Part shown: positions 28,686 to 40,081 of the stretch, piece by piece
Position numbering within the stretch: position 1 is the first letter of the stretch
How the letters are laid out: every line of letters starts with the position of its first letter
Assembly (NCBI GenBank): GCA_012837765.1
Contig: DUQO01000035.1
Location: 1 to 52,844, forward strand
Length of the DNA stretch: 52,844 nt
Direction of reading: 5' to 3'
Source of the DNA: Mollicutes bacterium
GTDB lineage: Bacteria; Bacillota_I; Bacilli_A; RF39; UBA660
Notes under the pieces: model-generated
Seen by the model: the letters and a program-made list of their open reading frames with translations, nothing else
Database searches by the model: none
What the model was told of the DNA's origin: nothing
Translations under genes and position numbers: made by a program

Positions 28686-29395
28686 TCTTGATCAAGCTCC
28701 ATAAATATAGATTCCAAATCTTTTTCGCCTTTTATATCTTTAACAGTTCCACACTTAACCAATTTGCCACTTTTAATAATTCCTACCCTATTGCATAATT
28801 TTTCAACAACTTCTAGCACATGTGAAGATAAGAAAATAGACGCACCTTCTGCACACAATTCTTTCATTACTTGTTTTAAAGCAAAAGAAGCTTTTGGATC
28901 CAAACCTACAAAAGGTTCATCCATCACTAATAATTGCGGCTTATGTATTAGTGCTGAAATAATAACTAATTTTTGTTTCATACCATGTGAATAAGTTGAA
29001 ATTAAATCTCCTAAATTAGGTAGCATCTCAAACATAGTTGCATATTTGTTGATAAGTTCTTCTTTTTCTTTATTATCAACTTGGTATATATCAGCTATAA
29101 AATTTAAATAACCAATTCCTGTAAGCGAATCATAAATGTCTGGATTATCAGGAATATAAGCTATTTTTTTCTTACATTCTATATCGTTGGTTTTAATTGA
29201 TAAGCCATCAATTAAAATGTCTCCTTCTTCAAAATCATTTATCCCAACAATAGCTTTTATAGTTGTAGTTTTACCGCTACCATTTGGACCGATGAAACCA
29301 AAAATATCTCCTTTTTTAATTTCTAAATTAAGATTATCTACAGCTTTCTTCTTATTATTTCCATAAGTTTTTGAAAAATTAATTATTTTTAGCAT
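28682..29395 (-). CDS. ABC transporter ATP-binding protein
   Basis: GPNGSGKTT, YSHGMKQK, DEPFVGLD. Confidence 0.95.
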   Translation of the reverse strand: MLKIINFSKTYGNNKKKAVDNLNLEIKKGDIFGFIGPNGSGKTTTIKAIVGINDFEEGDILIDGLSIKTNDIECKKKIAYIPDNPDIYDSLTGIGYLNFIADIYQVDNKEKEELINKYATMFEMLPNLGDLISTYSHGMKQKLVIISALIHKPQLLVMDEPFVGLDPKASFALKQVMKELCAEGASIFLSSHVLEVVEKLCNRVGIIKSGKLVKCGTVKDIKGEKDLESIFMELDQE

Positions 29396-29491
29396 ATTCC
29401 ACCTCAGTTAAATTATATCATATTTGCTATTCTTTTTTGAATAAATTTTTATAATTAATAAAGTTAGGTACATAATAAAAGTGGTGATATA

Positions 29492-30412
29492 ATGCATAAT
29501 TTTAAATATGAAAAAAGAAACAAGTGTAAGAATTTCTATGAAGGGTGGTATCTAAAAATAGTTGATGAAAACAATCATACTTTTATCTTTATTTTTGGTG
29601 TCTCTCTATATTTTAAAGATCCACATGCCTTTATCCAAATAATTGATTCAAGTGAAAATAAGTCATACTATTTTAGATTTGATAAAAGTAATTTTTATTA
29701 CAATAATGAAGCAATTAGAATTAAAGATAACATTTTAGGTATTAACAAATTAAAACTTAAAGTTGAACCATTCGACATAGATCTTAATATTAAACCAACT
29801 ATTCTCTTAAATGGTGGTTTATTTAAAAAATCAATAATGAGTATTTTTAAAAATTTGCCACTTCCAACGCAACATGAAATAATATTTATGAATGCTAAAG
29901 TAGAAGGAAAAATAAAGAATAAAGACAACTCTTATGTAATCAATGGAAATGGTTACATGGAAAAAAATTATGGGACAAAATTTCCTAATAAATGGTTATG
30001 GGTTCAAACTAATAATTTTAAGAATTTTAACACTTCACTAGTTTTAGCAAAAGCTGATTTATTATGTAATTTTAGCGGATTCTTTTGTGTATTGAATGTT
30101 GACGGAGATGAGTTTCGTTATGCAACATATACTGGCCACAAAATGACTCATAAAACAGTAGGAGATGATATTAAAATTACAATTGAAAAAGGTGATGAAA
30201 ACCTTTTAATAAATATAAAATATGTTAAAGGGGCATTGCTTGTAGCACCTACGTGTAAAGCTAAAATGGAAAAAGAGATTGAAGAAAGTTTCAATTCAAC
30301 ATTAACTTTATCCCTATATAAAGGTAATGAATTAATTTATCATGATGAAGCGACAAATGTAGGATGTGAAAATTTATATTTAATATCTGATGAATGCAAA
30401 AAAGCAAGTTAA
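29492..30412 (+). CDS. Tocopherol cyclase-family protein
   Basis: FYEGWYLK, GYMEKNYGTKFPNKWLWVQTN. Confidence 0.75.
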   Translation: MHNFKYEKRNKCKNFYEGWYLKIVDENNHTFIFIFGVSLYFKDPHAFIQIIDSSENKSYYFRFDKSNFYYNNEAIRIKDNILGINKLKLKVEPFDIDLNIKPTILLNGGLFKKSIMSIFKNLPLPTQHEIIFMNAKVEGKIKNKDNSYVINGNGYMEKNYGTKFPNKWLWVQTNNFKNFNTSLVLAKADLLCNFSGFFCVLNVDGDEFRYATYTGHKMTHKTVGDDIKITIEKGDENLLINIKYVKGALLVAPTCKAKMEKEIEESFNSTLTLSLYKGNELIYHDEATNVGCENLYLISDECKKAS

Positions 30413-30423
30413 CTTGCTTTTTT
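30398..30423. terminator. Bidirectional terminator (palindrome)
   Basis: AAAAAAGCAAGTTAACTTGCTTTTTT. Confidence 0.7.
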
Positions 30424-31408
30424 ATCTTCCTAATCCAACTTTTTCTTGTACTTCCCTACATTTTGCTTCAGCTATTTTTATAACCTTTTCAACACCTTTA
30501 TCTAAAACATCTTCTACTAATTGAGAATTAATAATTTCTTTATACTTTTCTTGAATTGGTCTTAAAGTGTTTATAACAGCATCAGCAACTTCAGATTTAA
30601 AAGATCCGTAATTATAACCAGCAAACTTTTCTTCTACTTCTTCTACTTTTAAATTGTTTAAAGCTGCATAAATCATAATTAAATTAGAAATCCCTGGTTT
30701 ATTTTTCTCGTCAAAAATAATTTTATTATCACTGTCAGTTACAGCGGACATTATTTTTTTACGAATTACTTCTTCACTATCTAACAATAGAATACAACCA
30801 CGAGAATCATCATCTGATTTACTCATCTTCTTTGTTGGATCTTGCAAATCCTTAATACGTGCTCCTGCTTTAGGAATAATAGGTTCTGGTACTTTAAAAG
30901 TATTACCATACCTATTGTTAAATCTTTCTGCAATATTTCTTGTAAGTTCTACATGTTGTTTTTGATCATCACCAACAGGCACGACATCAGCATCATATAA
31001 AAGGATATCACTTGCCATTAAAACTGGATATGTATATAGGCCACATGACAAATTCTTGTCACCTTGTTTTTGATTTTTATCTTTAAATTGAGTCATTCTA
31101 TTTAGTTCACCTAAATATGTATGACACTCCAAAATCCAAGACAATTGAGCGTGATATGGATTTTCTGATTGAATATAAAGAGTCGCTTTTTCAGGGTCAA
31201 GACCACAAGCTAAATAGACTGCAACAATGTCTTTCATATTTTGACGTAACTTTTCTTTTTCCTGAGGTGTAGTAATAGCATGCATATCTGCAACAAAAAC
31301 AAAAGTTTCATAATTTTTGTGTAATTCAACAAATTGCTTAATAGCACCTATATAACTACCTAAGGTAAGTCCACCAGTTGGTTTAATACCTGATACTAAT
31401 CTTTCCAT
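30422..31408 (-). CDS. trpS: Tryptophan--tRNA ligase
   Basis: SGIKPTG...TLGSYIG, VPVGDDQKQH, KMSKS. Confidence 0.97.
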   Translation of the reverse strand: MERLVSGIKPTGGLTLGSYIGAIKQFVELHKNYETFVFVADMHAITTPQEKEKLRQNMKDIVAVYLACGLDPEKATLYIQSENPYHAQLSWILECHTYLGELNRMTQFKDKNQKQGDKNLSCGLYTYPVLMASDILLYDADVVPVGDDQKQHVELTRNIAERFNNRYGNTFKVPEPIIPKAGARIKDLQDPTKKMSKSDDDSRGCILLLDSEEVIRKKIMSAVTDSDNKIIFDEKNKPGISNLIMIYAALNNLKVEEVEEKFAGYNYGSFKSEVADAVINTLRPIQEKYKEIINSQLVEDVLDKGVEKVIKIAEAKCREVQEKVGLGR

Positions 31409-31528
31409 ATATCATTCTCCTCGTATAATTAATTCTAACATAATTATACGTGTTTTTAAAGGAAAAAGAAAAATATCAAGTGAGTTTATAATTCTTTATT
31501 AAAAAATACTAATAATAGCAGTTAAATA

Positions 31529-32101
31529 TTAATATAGTATCTTATCAATCAAACCATAATCAAGTGCTTCTTCAGCAGTCATGTAATAATCTCTTTCAAC
31601 ATCCTTATCTATTTGCTCTACCTTTTTGCCTGTATTTTTAGACAGTATATTGTTAAGTCTTTCTCTTGTTCTAATGATATGTTCAGCCGCAATTTTCATA
31701 TCTGTAGCTTGCCCTTGCGCACCTCCTGATGGTTGATGGATCAAGATGTCAGAGTTAGGAAGCGAAAATCGTTTCCCTTTTGTTCCACTTGATAAAAGAA
31801 AGGCTCCCATTGATGCTGCAAGACCTATACAAATTGTAGAAACATCACTTTTAATATAATTCATAGTATCATAAATAGCTAAACCTGCTGTTACAGATCC
31901 TCCATTAGAGTTAATATATAGATTTATATTTTCATGGTTTATACTATCTAAATATAACAATTGAGCTACTACAATATTAGCTACATTATCATCAATCTCA
32001 CCACATAATAAAATAATACGATCTTCTAATAATCTTGAGTATAAATCATATGCTTTTTCACCATTACTTGTTTTTTCAATAACTGTTGGTATTAAATGCA
32101 A
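31529..32101 (-). CDS. clpP: ATP-dependent Clp protease proteolytic subunit
   Basis: [24 protein letters not shown]. Confidence 0.95.
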   Translation of the reverse strand: MHLIPTVIEKTSNGEKAYDLYSRLLEDRIILLCGEIDDNVANIVVAQLLYLDSINHENINLYINSNGGSVTAGLAIYDTMNYIKSDVSTICIGLAASMGAFLLSSGTKGKRFSLPNSDILIHQPSGGAQGQATDMKIAAEHIIRTRERLNNILSKNTGKKVEQIDKDVERDYYMTAEEALDYGLIDKILY

Positions 32102-32181
32102 AAAATCACCACCTCCCTTATATATTTAGTAACATAATTTTATTTTATACTTTAAAGGAAATGACAAATTCCGCATCATCC

Positions 32182-32832
32182 TCATTTTTTGCTATAAGAA
32201 AGTCTTATTAAATCATATAAATTATTATGATTATAAGTCCATTCTCCATTCAAAAACTTTTTAAGATCTTGATATATCTTATCAACATTTTCCTCTATTC
32301 GATTAAAACATTCATAATACATATATTTTAATTTATCAATTTTTTTGTTTGTATATAAATTATCAATTTCTCTTGTTAAAAAAAACAACTTATACAACTC
32401 AATTCTTGTTAAAAAAGATTCGTCCTTATAATTTTGATTTTTTATATATACATCCAACTTTATTTCTTCAAGGGTTATACTTGTTTCGACAACTTCCTCT
32501 TCTTCATCAAGAAGTAATTTGCTAAGCATCAATATCTGACCATATTTATTTAACAATGCTCCAATTGCGCTATATCCGTTTGTAAAAACACATGCATAAT
32601 CCACTTGTACGATTTTTTTCTGCTCATATATTTCAGTCTCACGATAAATATTGTCTAATAAATCATCACTTCTAATGATGTTTCCTATCTTTATTTTTTT
32701 ATATGACTCATTATCTATTTTAAATATTGGTATCCTTTTAAAAAACTCAATTGAATCTTTTTCACTCCATTCATAAAAATCATATACTCTTGTTTCATTT
32801 AGATTCAACAGTATATCATAAACGAATTTCAT
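32182..32832 (-). CDS. DUF3603 (YjbA-like) protein
   Basis: YDILLN...YDFYEW...SKLLLDEEEE...LTR pattern. Confidence 0.65.
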   Translation of the reverse strand: MKFVYDILLNLNETRVYDFYEWSEKDSIEFFKRIPIFKIDNESYKKIKIGNIIRSDDLLDNIYRETEIYEQKKIVQVDYACVFTNGYSAIGALLNKYGQILMLSKLLLDEEEEVVETSITLEEIKLDVYIKNQNYKDESFLTRIELYKLFFLTREIDNLYTNKKIDKLKYMYYECFNRIEENVDKIYQDLKKFLNGEWTYNHNNLYDLIRLSYSKK

Positions 32833-33040
32833 TATATTGACCTCCTTTAAAAAAAATGCACAAATTGATTATAATAAATCCAACTATAACATATATAAAT
32901 TCACTACTTCTAATAATAAAATTAACATATTCTTTAAAACTATACCCCACTGTCATAAAATTCATATAAATAATAATGTTAACAAAACCGATTACTAACA
33001 AACCGAATCCGATAAGAAAAAAGAAAATGCGCATCAACAT
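32816..33040 (-). CDS. Small membrane protein
   Basis: Two TM helices; IIIYMNFMTVGYSFKEY. Confidence 0.65.
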   Translation of the reverse strand: MLMRIFFFLIGFGLLVIGFVNIIIYMNFMTVGYSFKEYVNFIIRSSEFIYVIVGFIIINLCIFFKGGQYNEIRL

Positions 33041-33114
33041 ATTATCACCTATTTAATTGTATTAATTTTTACCGTTTTTATGTTTTCAACAAAAAAAGAC
33101 TTAACAATAAGCCT

Positions 33115-33700
33115 TTATATTTTATTTATCAAATAGTAATGTTTAATATGAAGGAGCCTTTTTAGTATATACTGCACTTTTTCATTATATTTTTCAACAT
33201 CCATGTATGACTCAATGATTTTTTTACTATAACGAACTAAATTATTTCGTTCTTCAATTATATTATCTTCCACTCTAATAACATCTATAAGTTGACTTTT
33301 GATGTTTTCAACTATTTTTGGATCTAACGAATTAATTCTTTATGCAAACTTATTAAGATCGAATGCAATTATTAATTCATCTCGTTCTTCATCCACTTCA
33401 ATTTCTCTTTGTTGCCTCACTGACGTAAAACAATTACTAGCAAGAAAATGAATTAGCAAATCAAATTCGAAATTTAATTGCCTAAATCTAGATATAAGAT
33501 TGTTTTCAATTTTTTAATTTCCTCACGTGTTTGCTGTTTTTCCATATTTGTCATAGGACTATTATTTAAATAACTATCCATTATTGGTAACATATAATCT
33601 AAAAAATCAGGCGTAGCTTTTAATTGGTTATATTTTCCAATAGCAGTTTTAAGTACCTCCTTAGTTTGATCTACAGTTTCAATATTTTCATTTTTTTCAT
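33115..33700 (-). pseudogene. Multiply frameshifted hypothetical gene
   Basis: GAGGAGAGG RBS + ATG at 33700; at least three frame changes needed, two of them at A-runs. Confidence 0.55.
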
Positions 33701-33826
33701 TTTTAACCTCTCCTCATAATTTATTTAATCAAAACTACAATAAGAAAAACTTTCTTTGGAAATGACCCCTTTTCTCCTTTTCGCTCATTACTTAATAACA
33801 TCGACTAGTTTATTTTTTTGCTATAC

Positions 33827-34918
33827 TTATTCATTTTCACCTACTTCTTCTTCATTTATTGTTATAAACTTATCAACATCAACTTTATTTATAGATGCAA
33901 ACCTTTTGGATATTTTTTCTGTCGTAATATGAACATTTCTAACATCATTACTTACTGTTTCAATACTTCTTGATAGCTTATCCCATCTATTGCGATAAAG
34001 ATTGAAATCAACGCTAAGTTTCTCTAATTCTTGTTGAATTATAGAAGCATATTTGTCCCTTTCCATATTTTTAAGAACAACTTGAATTACAGTAAGAGTA
34101 CTAATTAAAGTTGTAGGAGATGTGATCCATACTCTTTTTTTATTAGCATAATCTATAATGTCTTGATGGTATGCAGTAAGTTCTGCAAATATAGCTTCGG
34201 CTGGCAAAAACATTATAGCCTGATCACTTGTTACAGAAGGAATAATATATTTTGATGCAATGGCATCAATATGTCTTTTCACATCATTTTTAAATTCTTT
34301 TTCATGCTTTTCTCTTTCACTTAAAGGTAATGACTTATCAACCATAAGTTGATAATGTTCAAGAGGAAATTTTGAATCGATAGCAATGGTACCAAGAGGA
34401 GAAGGTGCAAATAAAACTGAATCCGCTATCGTTCCATTTTCAAATGTATATTGCATTCTGTATATAGCATCATTTTTCTCACCAAAAACATTACTTAATA
34501 TATGTTTTAAATTTACTTCACCAAATATACCTCGACTCTTTTTATCTGTTAAGACACTTTGGAGTGACACGATGTCACCTGATAAAGATTCAATTTTCTT
34601 TTGAGCTTCGTCTATCTTAGATAAACGTTCTAAAACAGAAACAAAAGTTTTATTTGTTTTTTCAAAATTTTCATCTATTCTCATATTAACTTTTTCATTT
34701 AAAGTATTTAATTTTACTTCAATTTTGTCATTAAGTTTATTAAAATCATCTGTTAGTGTACGAGCAAAATCAGATTTAAAATCTCCGATTTCTTTTGTCA
34801 CACTAGTCTCTAATCTTCCTAAGCGCTCTGTGATATTACTTTCATTAATATTTTTTGATAGAGATATTACACATACAATAAGAATTGATACTAATAAAAT
34901 TATAATTATGTACTCCAT
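33827..34918 (-). CDS. rmuC: DNA recombination protein RmuC
   Basis: RGIFGEVNL, IDSKFP, AIMFLPAE, SPTTL. Confidence 0.92.
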   Translation of the reverse strand: MEYIIIILLVSILIVCVISLSKNINESNITERLGRLETSVTKEIGDFKSDFARTLTDDFNKLNDKIEVKLNTLNEKVNMRIDENFEKTNKTFVSVLERLSKIDEAQKKIESLSGDIVSLQSVLTDKKSRGIFGEVNLKHILSNVFGEKNDAIYRMQYTFENGTIADSVLFAPSPLGTIAIDSKFPLEHYQLMVDKSLPLSEREKHEKEFKNDVKRHIDAIASKYIIPSVTSDQAIMFLPAEAIFAELTAYHQDIIDYANKKRVWITSPTTLISTLTVIQVVLKNMERDKYASIIQQELEKLSVDFNLYRNRWDKLSRSIETVSNDVRNVHITTEKISKRFASINKVDVDKFITINEEEVGENE

Positions 34919-35514
34919 TATTTAACTCCTTTCATTTCCAAATACTTTTGGACAAATAATGATAGTGAATAAGTTATACCAACCATTATCACTATTCTAA
35001 TTAAGATTATAGGATCCTTAATACTTTCAATTAAACTTGAACCTATATAACCCCAAAAATATACAATTGATAACTTACCTATTAAAATGCTAACAAAATA
35101 TTTTTTAAAGGATATTTTTGATAAACCAGATGCTATGTTTATAGCAAAAGCGGGTGTAAATGGAACAGCTATCAGTAATGTCAATCTTGCTATTGGAACT
35201 TTACTTATATAATTCATTATTTTACGAACTTTTCCATCTGTTTTAACACGAGCATAAAGTTTTTTACTAAAACCCAGTCTAAATGCATAAAACGACAAAA
35301 GACAACCAATAATAGTTCCAATCCACGATATAATAAATCCGAAAAAAGGACCAAAAACAATATTGTTCAAGGCAATAAAAGCTGCTAGAGGTAAAATAGG
35401 TATAATTGATTCTAATATAATTATAATGAACCCTGCTAAAGGACCAATATTCCTGATAACATCTGTTATTGTTTCTATAATGTTTTCTAATGTTTCAACC
35501 ATATTAACCTCCAC
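34918..35514 (-). CDS. TVP38/TMEM64 (DedA/VTT) membrane protein
   Basis: LESIIPILP, PFTPAFAINIASGL. Confidence 0.85.
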   Translation of the reverse strand: MEVNMVETLENIIETITDVIRNIGPLAGFIIIILESIIPILPLAAFIALNNIVFGPFFGFIISWIGTIIGCLLSFYAFRLGFSKKLYARVKTDGKVRKIMNYISKVPIARLTLLIAVPFTPAFAINIASGLSKISFKKYFVSILIGKLSIVYFWGYIGSSLIESIKDPIILIRIVIMVGITYSLSLFVQKYLEMKGVK

Positions 35515-35760
35515 TAATTATTATTATAATACATTTATTACATATAATGTTTTCAAAACTTAAATTTTAAAATTATTATACGTAAAATTACCGGAGGTTA
35601 ACTTACTCTTATTCATTATATCATTAATTTTTTGTTTCTATCATAATTAATTTTCTGTTGCAAATAATAATATTAAGAGTATTGCAGTAGACAAATATAA
35701 AAATAAAATGTATAATTATATGAGTTAATCTTTCAAATATTAACTATAGAAAGGAGATTT

Positions 35761-37434
35761 ATGAAATTTTTTGATAATAGCAATACATTAGTCTTTGCCT
35801 TAGGCGGCTTAGGAGAAGTGGGCAAGAATATGTATTGCGTAATGCATAACGATGAAATTATCATTATTGATAGTGGCGTTATGTTTCCTCAAGATGAATT
35901 AATGGGAATTGACTATGTAATTCCTGATTTTTCATTCCTTAAAAAGAACCAAGATAAAATTAAAGCATTGTTTATTACTCACGGTCATGAAGATCACATT
36001 GGAGGAATTCCTTTTCTTCTTCAACTCGTTGATATTCCGATTATATATGCGCCTAGACAAGCAACTGAACTTATAAAAAGGAAGATTGAAGAGCGTGGTA
36101 TTAAATATAAAAAGATTCAAGTTTATACCGAAAAAACAAAAGTAAAATTTAAACACTTTACAATTGAATTTTTCGCTACAACTCATTCTATACCTGATTC
36201 ACATGGTATTTCTATTACAACACCAAATGGTACTGTCGTTATGACTGGTGACTTTAAATTCGATTGGACACCTATAGGACCTATGTCTAACATTCATAAA
36301 ATGGCTGAAATAGGTAAAAAAGGTGTTAAACTATTACTTAGTGATAGTACTAATGCTATGGTAGAAGGATTTTCACTTAGTGAATCAAGGGTTGATGAAA
36401 CTTTAGGTGATGTTTTTGAAAGATGTACTGGCCGTATTATTATTGCCACTTTTGCATCTAACATTTACCGTTTAAAACATATTGTTGAAACATGTAAGAA
36501 AAACAATCGTAAGGTTGCACTCTTTGGAAGAAGTATGGAAACTTCTATAGAAATAGCTATTGCATGTGGTTATATTGAAAATACTGATATTTTTGTTACA
36601 CCTGAAGAAGCTAATAAAATGAAGAGTGATGAAATAGCGTTGTTATGTACTGGTTCTCAAGGGGAACCGCTAGCTGCTCTATCAAGAATAGCTAATGGGT
36701 CTCATAGACAAATCAAATTAATTCCAGGTGATGTAGTAGTATTTTCATCATCTGCTATACCTGGTAATGCTTCAAGTATCTCAAATACAATTAATAAATT
36801 ATACTTGAAGGGTGTAAAGGTATATACAAATACTCTTTTAAGTGAAATCCATACATCAGGACATGGTAATAAAGAAGAATTAAAACTACTATTTAGATTG
36901 TTTCAACCAGAATACTTTATGCCATACCATGGTGAATACAGAATGCTAAAAGCTCATGCTGATTTGGCAATAGAGTGTGGAATTAAAAAGGAAAACACCT
37001 TCATTTTAGATAATGGGGATGTACTGGCATTAACTAAAGATGGTGTTAAAAGAAATGGTACTGTACCTGCATCAGATGTATATGTTGATGGTAACAGAAT
37101 CGGAGATGTTGGTAGCGCTGTAATAAAAGACCGTAATATTATGTCTAACGATGGTATTCTAGTTATTATTGCAAACATTGACATCAATAAAGGTGAATTG
37201 ATTGGTAATACAAACATTACTACAAGAGGATTTGTTCTAGTTAATGAAAACGGGGAATTACTAAGTAGAATTGAATATATGGCAAATCAAATAATTAAAA
37301 ATAATCTTAAAAACAAGAAAATTAATTATGCAGAATTAAAACAGCAAATAATTGCTGAGGTATACCCTTTCATTCTAGAAGAAACAGGAAGAAAACCAAT
37401 CATATTACCAGTATTTATGGAAATTAAGAGATAA
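35761..37434 (+). CDS. rnj: Ribonuclease J
   Basis: LGGLGEVGKN, THGHEDHIG, GSQGEP, HTSGH. Confidence 0.95.
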   Translation: MKFFDNSNTLVFALGGLGEVGKNMYCVMHNDEIIIIDSGVMFPQDELMGIDYVIPDFSFLKKNQDKIKALFITHGHEDHIGGIPFLLQLVDIPIIYAPRQATELIKRKIEERGIKYKKIQVYTEKTKVKFKHFTIEFFATTHSIPDSHGISITTPNGTVVMTGDFKFDWTPIGPMSNIHKMAEIGKKGVKLLLSDSTNAMVEGFSLSESRVDETLGDVFERCTGRIIIATFASNIYRLKHIVETCKKNNRKVALFGRSMETSIEIAIACGYIENTDIFVTPEEANKMKSDEIALLCTGSQGEPLAALSRIANGSHRQIKLIPGDVVVFSSSAIPGNASSISNTINKLYLKGVKVYTNTLLSEIHTSGHGNKEELKLLFRLFQPEYFMPYHGEYRMLKAHADLAIECGIKKENTFILDNGDVLALTKDGVKRNGTVPASDVYVDGNRIGDVGSAVIKDRNIMSNDGILVIIANIDINKGELIGNTNITTRGFVLVNENGELLSRIEYMANQIIKNNLKNKKINYAELKQQIIAEVYPFILEETGRKPIILPVFMEIKR

Positions 37435-37500
37435 TTTAAATTATCTCTTTTTTAACAAAATAAAGAGGAAAGTATATTTCATAATACTTTCCTTTTTGGT

Positions 37501-39648
37501 TTAATCTTTTTTATCAATTGTCATAGCTTCTTTTCTAGAAAGATTTAATCTTCCTTTTTTATCATAACCTAAAGCTTTTACAACAATATCGTCTCCGACT
37601 TTAACTACATCTTCTGTTTTTTCAACTCTTTCTTTAGCAAGTTGAGAAATGTGTACTAAGCCTTCACAGCCAGGCCATAGTTCAACAAAGCAGCCAAAAT
37701 CTTCAACCTTAACAACTTTACCAGTATAAATTTTACCTTCTTCAACTTCTTTTACAATATTTTTAATCATTGTCATTGTCTTTTCAATAATATCTTTATT
37801 TGTATGATAAATGATTACTCTTCCATCATCTTCAAGATCTACTTTAACAGCATTGATATCTGATACTGATTGAACATTACTAGCTTCAAGAATAATCTTT
37901 GTAATCATTTCGCCGCCTTTACCAATAACTTCTTTTATACGGTTAGGATTGATCATAAATGTTACCATTTTAGGAGCATATTCACTTACTTCTTTACGAG
38001 GTTCTGCAATTTTGCTTTCCATAACATCTAATATCTCCATACGAGCTACTTTAGCTTGTTCTAAAGCTTCTTCCAAGATTTGTTTAGTAATTCCTTTTAT
38101 CTTAATATCCATTTGAAGAGCACATATACCTTCTCTTGTACCAGCAACTTTAAAGTCCATATCACCTAAGTGATCTTCAAGACCTTGAATATCGGTTAAA
38201 ATAGTGTAGTCATCACCTGCTGTAATTAAACCCATTGCAATACCTGCTACAGGTGCTTTAATAGGAACACCAGCAGCCATTAAACTCATGCACCCTGCAC
38301 ATATTGTAGCTTGGCTAGATGAACCATTACTTTCTAGTATTTCTGATACTACCCTAATAGTATACGGAAATTCTTCTTCACTTGGTATAACTTGTGCTAA
38401 AGCTCTTTCACCTAAAGCACCATGACCAATTTCACGTCTTCCTGGGCTACCATATCTTCCTGTTTCACCCACTGAAAAAGATGGAAAATTATAATGCAAC
38501 ATAAACCTTTTTACATCTTCAATACCTAAGCCATCCAATATTTGATGTTCACCTAAAGCACCAAGTGTTGTAACAGCTAAAGCTTGTGTTTGGCCTCTTG
38601 TAAATAATGCTGAACCATGTGTTCTTGGAAGAATATCAATATCAGCTGATAATTCTCTAATTTCAGTCATTGCTCTTCCATCTGCACGCGTACGTTCCTT
38701 AACAACAATTCGTCTAAATATTTCGTATTCAACATTCGATAATATTATTTTCACACAAGTAAGTAATTTGTTTAACTCTTCTGGTTTTAAATCTTCATTT
38801 AAAGTAGCATACTTATTTATTGTCTCTTCTTTTATAGCATCTATTGCTGCATATTTCTCTTGTTTATCTTTAATGCGCATAGCTTGATCTAGTTTATCAG
38901 CAACAGCCTCTTTTATTTCTTCACTTAACTCTTCTGGTATTTCAAGAGTTTCGTAGTCCATCTTCTCTACACCAATTTCATCGATAATTGATTGTTGAAA
39001 ATCGCACAGTTCTTTTATCGCTTCATGTCCAAACATCAACGCATCTAACATTACTGATTCACTTACTTCTTTTGCATCAGCCTCAACCATATTGATAGCA
39101 TCTTTTGTTCCAGCAACGGTTAAATTAACATCACTTACTTCTGCTTGAGCAGTTGTCGGATTGATTACAAATTTACCATCAACCCTACCTACCTTTACAC
39201 ATCCAACAGGTCCATCAAAAGGAACCTTACTAATACATGTAGCTAATGAAGAGCCTAAAAAAGCTGCAATCTCTGGTAAATTATCTTGTTCAACAGATAA
39301 TACTGTATTTACTACTTGTACTTCGTTTCTAAAATTCTCTGGAAACATTGGTCTCAAAGATCTATCAATCATACGAGCCGCTAAAGTCGCATTTTCACTA
39401 GGACGGCCTTCCCTTTTAATAAAACCTCCTGGTATTTTTCCTACTGAATATAACTTTTCATTATACAATACCATTAGTGGAAAAAAATCAGATAATATAT
39501 TTGCATTATTTGATACAACAGTTGTTGATAAAACAACTGTATCACCATACCTAACTAATACTGCCCCATGAGCTTGTTTTGCAAGTTCTCCATGTTCAAC
39601 AACAAGTTTTCGTCCCCTAAAATCTAATTCAAAAATTTTCTTATCCAT
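37501..39648 (-). CDS. pnp: Polyribonucleotide nucleotidyltransferase
   Basis: RREIGHG, DMDFK, KH and S1 domains. Confidence 0.97.
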   Translation of the reverse strand: MDKKIFELDFRGRKLVVEHGELAKQAHGAVLVRYGDTVVLSTTVVSNNANILSDFFPLMVLYNEKLYSVGKIPGGFIKREGRPSENATLAARMIDRSLRPMFPENFRNEVQVVNTVLSVEQDNLPEIAAFLGSSLATCISKVPFDGPVGCVKVGRVDGKFVINPTTAQAEVSDVNLTVAGTKDAINMVEADAKEVSESVMLDALMFGHEAIKELCDFQQSIIDEIGVEKMDYETLEIPEELSEEIKEAVADKLDQAMRIKDKQEKYAAIDAIKEETINKYATLNEDLKPEELNKLLTCVKIILSNVEYEIFRRIVVKERTRADGRAMTEIRELSADIDILPRTHGSALFTRGQTQALAVTTLGALGEHQILDGLGIEDVKRFMLHYNFPSFSVGETGRYGSPGRREIGHGALGERALAQVIPSEEEFPYTIRVVSEILESNGSSSQATICAGCMSLMAAGVPIKAPVAGIAMGLITAGDDYTILTDIQGLEDHLGDMDFKVAGTREGICALQMDIKIKGITKQILEEALEQAKVARMEILDVMESKIAEPRKEVSEYAPKMVTFMINPNRIKEVIGKGGEMITKIILEASNVQSVSDINAVKVDLEDDGRVIIYHTNKDIIEKTMTMIKNIVKEVEEGKIYTGKVVKVEDFGCFVELWPGCEGLVHISQLAKERVEKTEDVVKVGDDIVVKALGYDKKGRLNLSRKEAMTIDKKD

Positions 39649-39690
39649 TTGTTCCTACCTTTCAAAAGAAAAGACACTTAAAAACAGTGC

Positions 39691-39960
39691 CTACTTTCTT
39701 AAATTTAATTCTTTAATTAACTTTCGATATCTCATAACATCGTGTTTTAATAAATAGTTTAATAAATTACGACGTTTACCAACCTTAATTAACAAACCTC
39801 TTTTAGAATGGAAATCATGTATATGTTCATTTAAATGTTTTGTCAATTGTTCAATTTCTTTTGTTAAAATTGCAACTTGAACTTCTACTGAACCTGTATC
39901 TCCTTCTTTTATAGCAAATTTCTTAATTAAAGCTTGCTTTTCATCTTTCTTCAAAGCCAT
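39691..39960 (-). CDS. rpsO: 30S ribosomal protein S15
   Basis: [13 protein letters not shown]...HDFHSKRGL. Confidence 0.97.
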   Translation of the reverse strand: MALKKDEKQALIKKFAIKEGDTGSVEVQVAILTKEIEQLTKHLNEHIHDFHSKRGLLIKVGKRRNLLNYLLKHDVMRYRKLIKELNLRK

Positions 39961-39974
39961 TTCTTTTCCTCCTT

Positions 39975-40040
39975 AATCTTATATTCACCAAAATCCGAGT
40001 AATGGACGGAGAGACCAATTACCAAGATTAGGTATGCACT
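39975..40040 (-). promoter_or_regulatory. Putative S15 autoregulatory leader
   Basis: GC-richer structured 5' UTR (ACCTAATC...GTAATTGG...CCATTAC...GATTTTGGT pairings) between a -10 box and the rpsO RBS. Confidence 0.5.
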
Positions 40041-40081
40041 AATAATATACTCTATATCTTATGATAAATCAAGTTTTTTGG

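Noticed and set aside
31409-31528. T-box leader for trpS
   Set aside because: The gap is too short and has no GGTGGNACC antiterminator motif.
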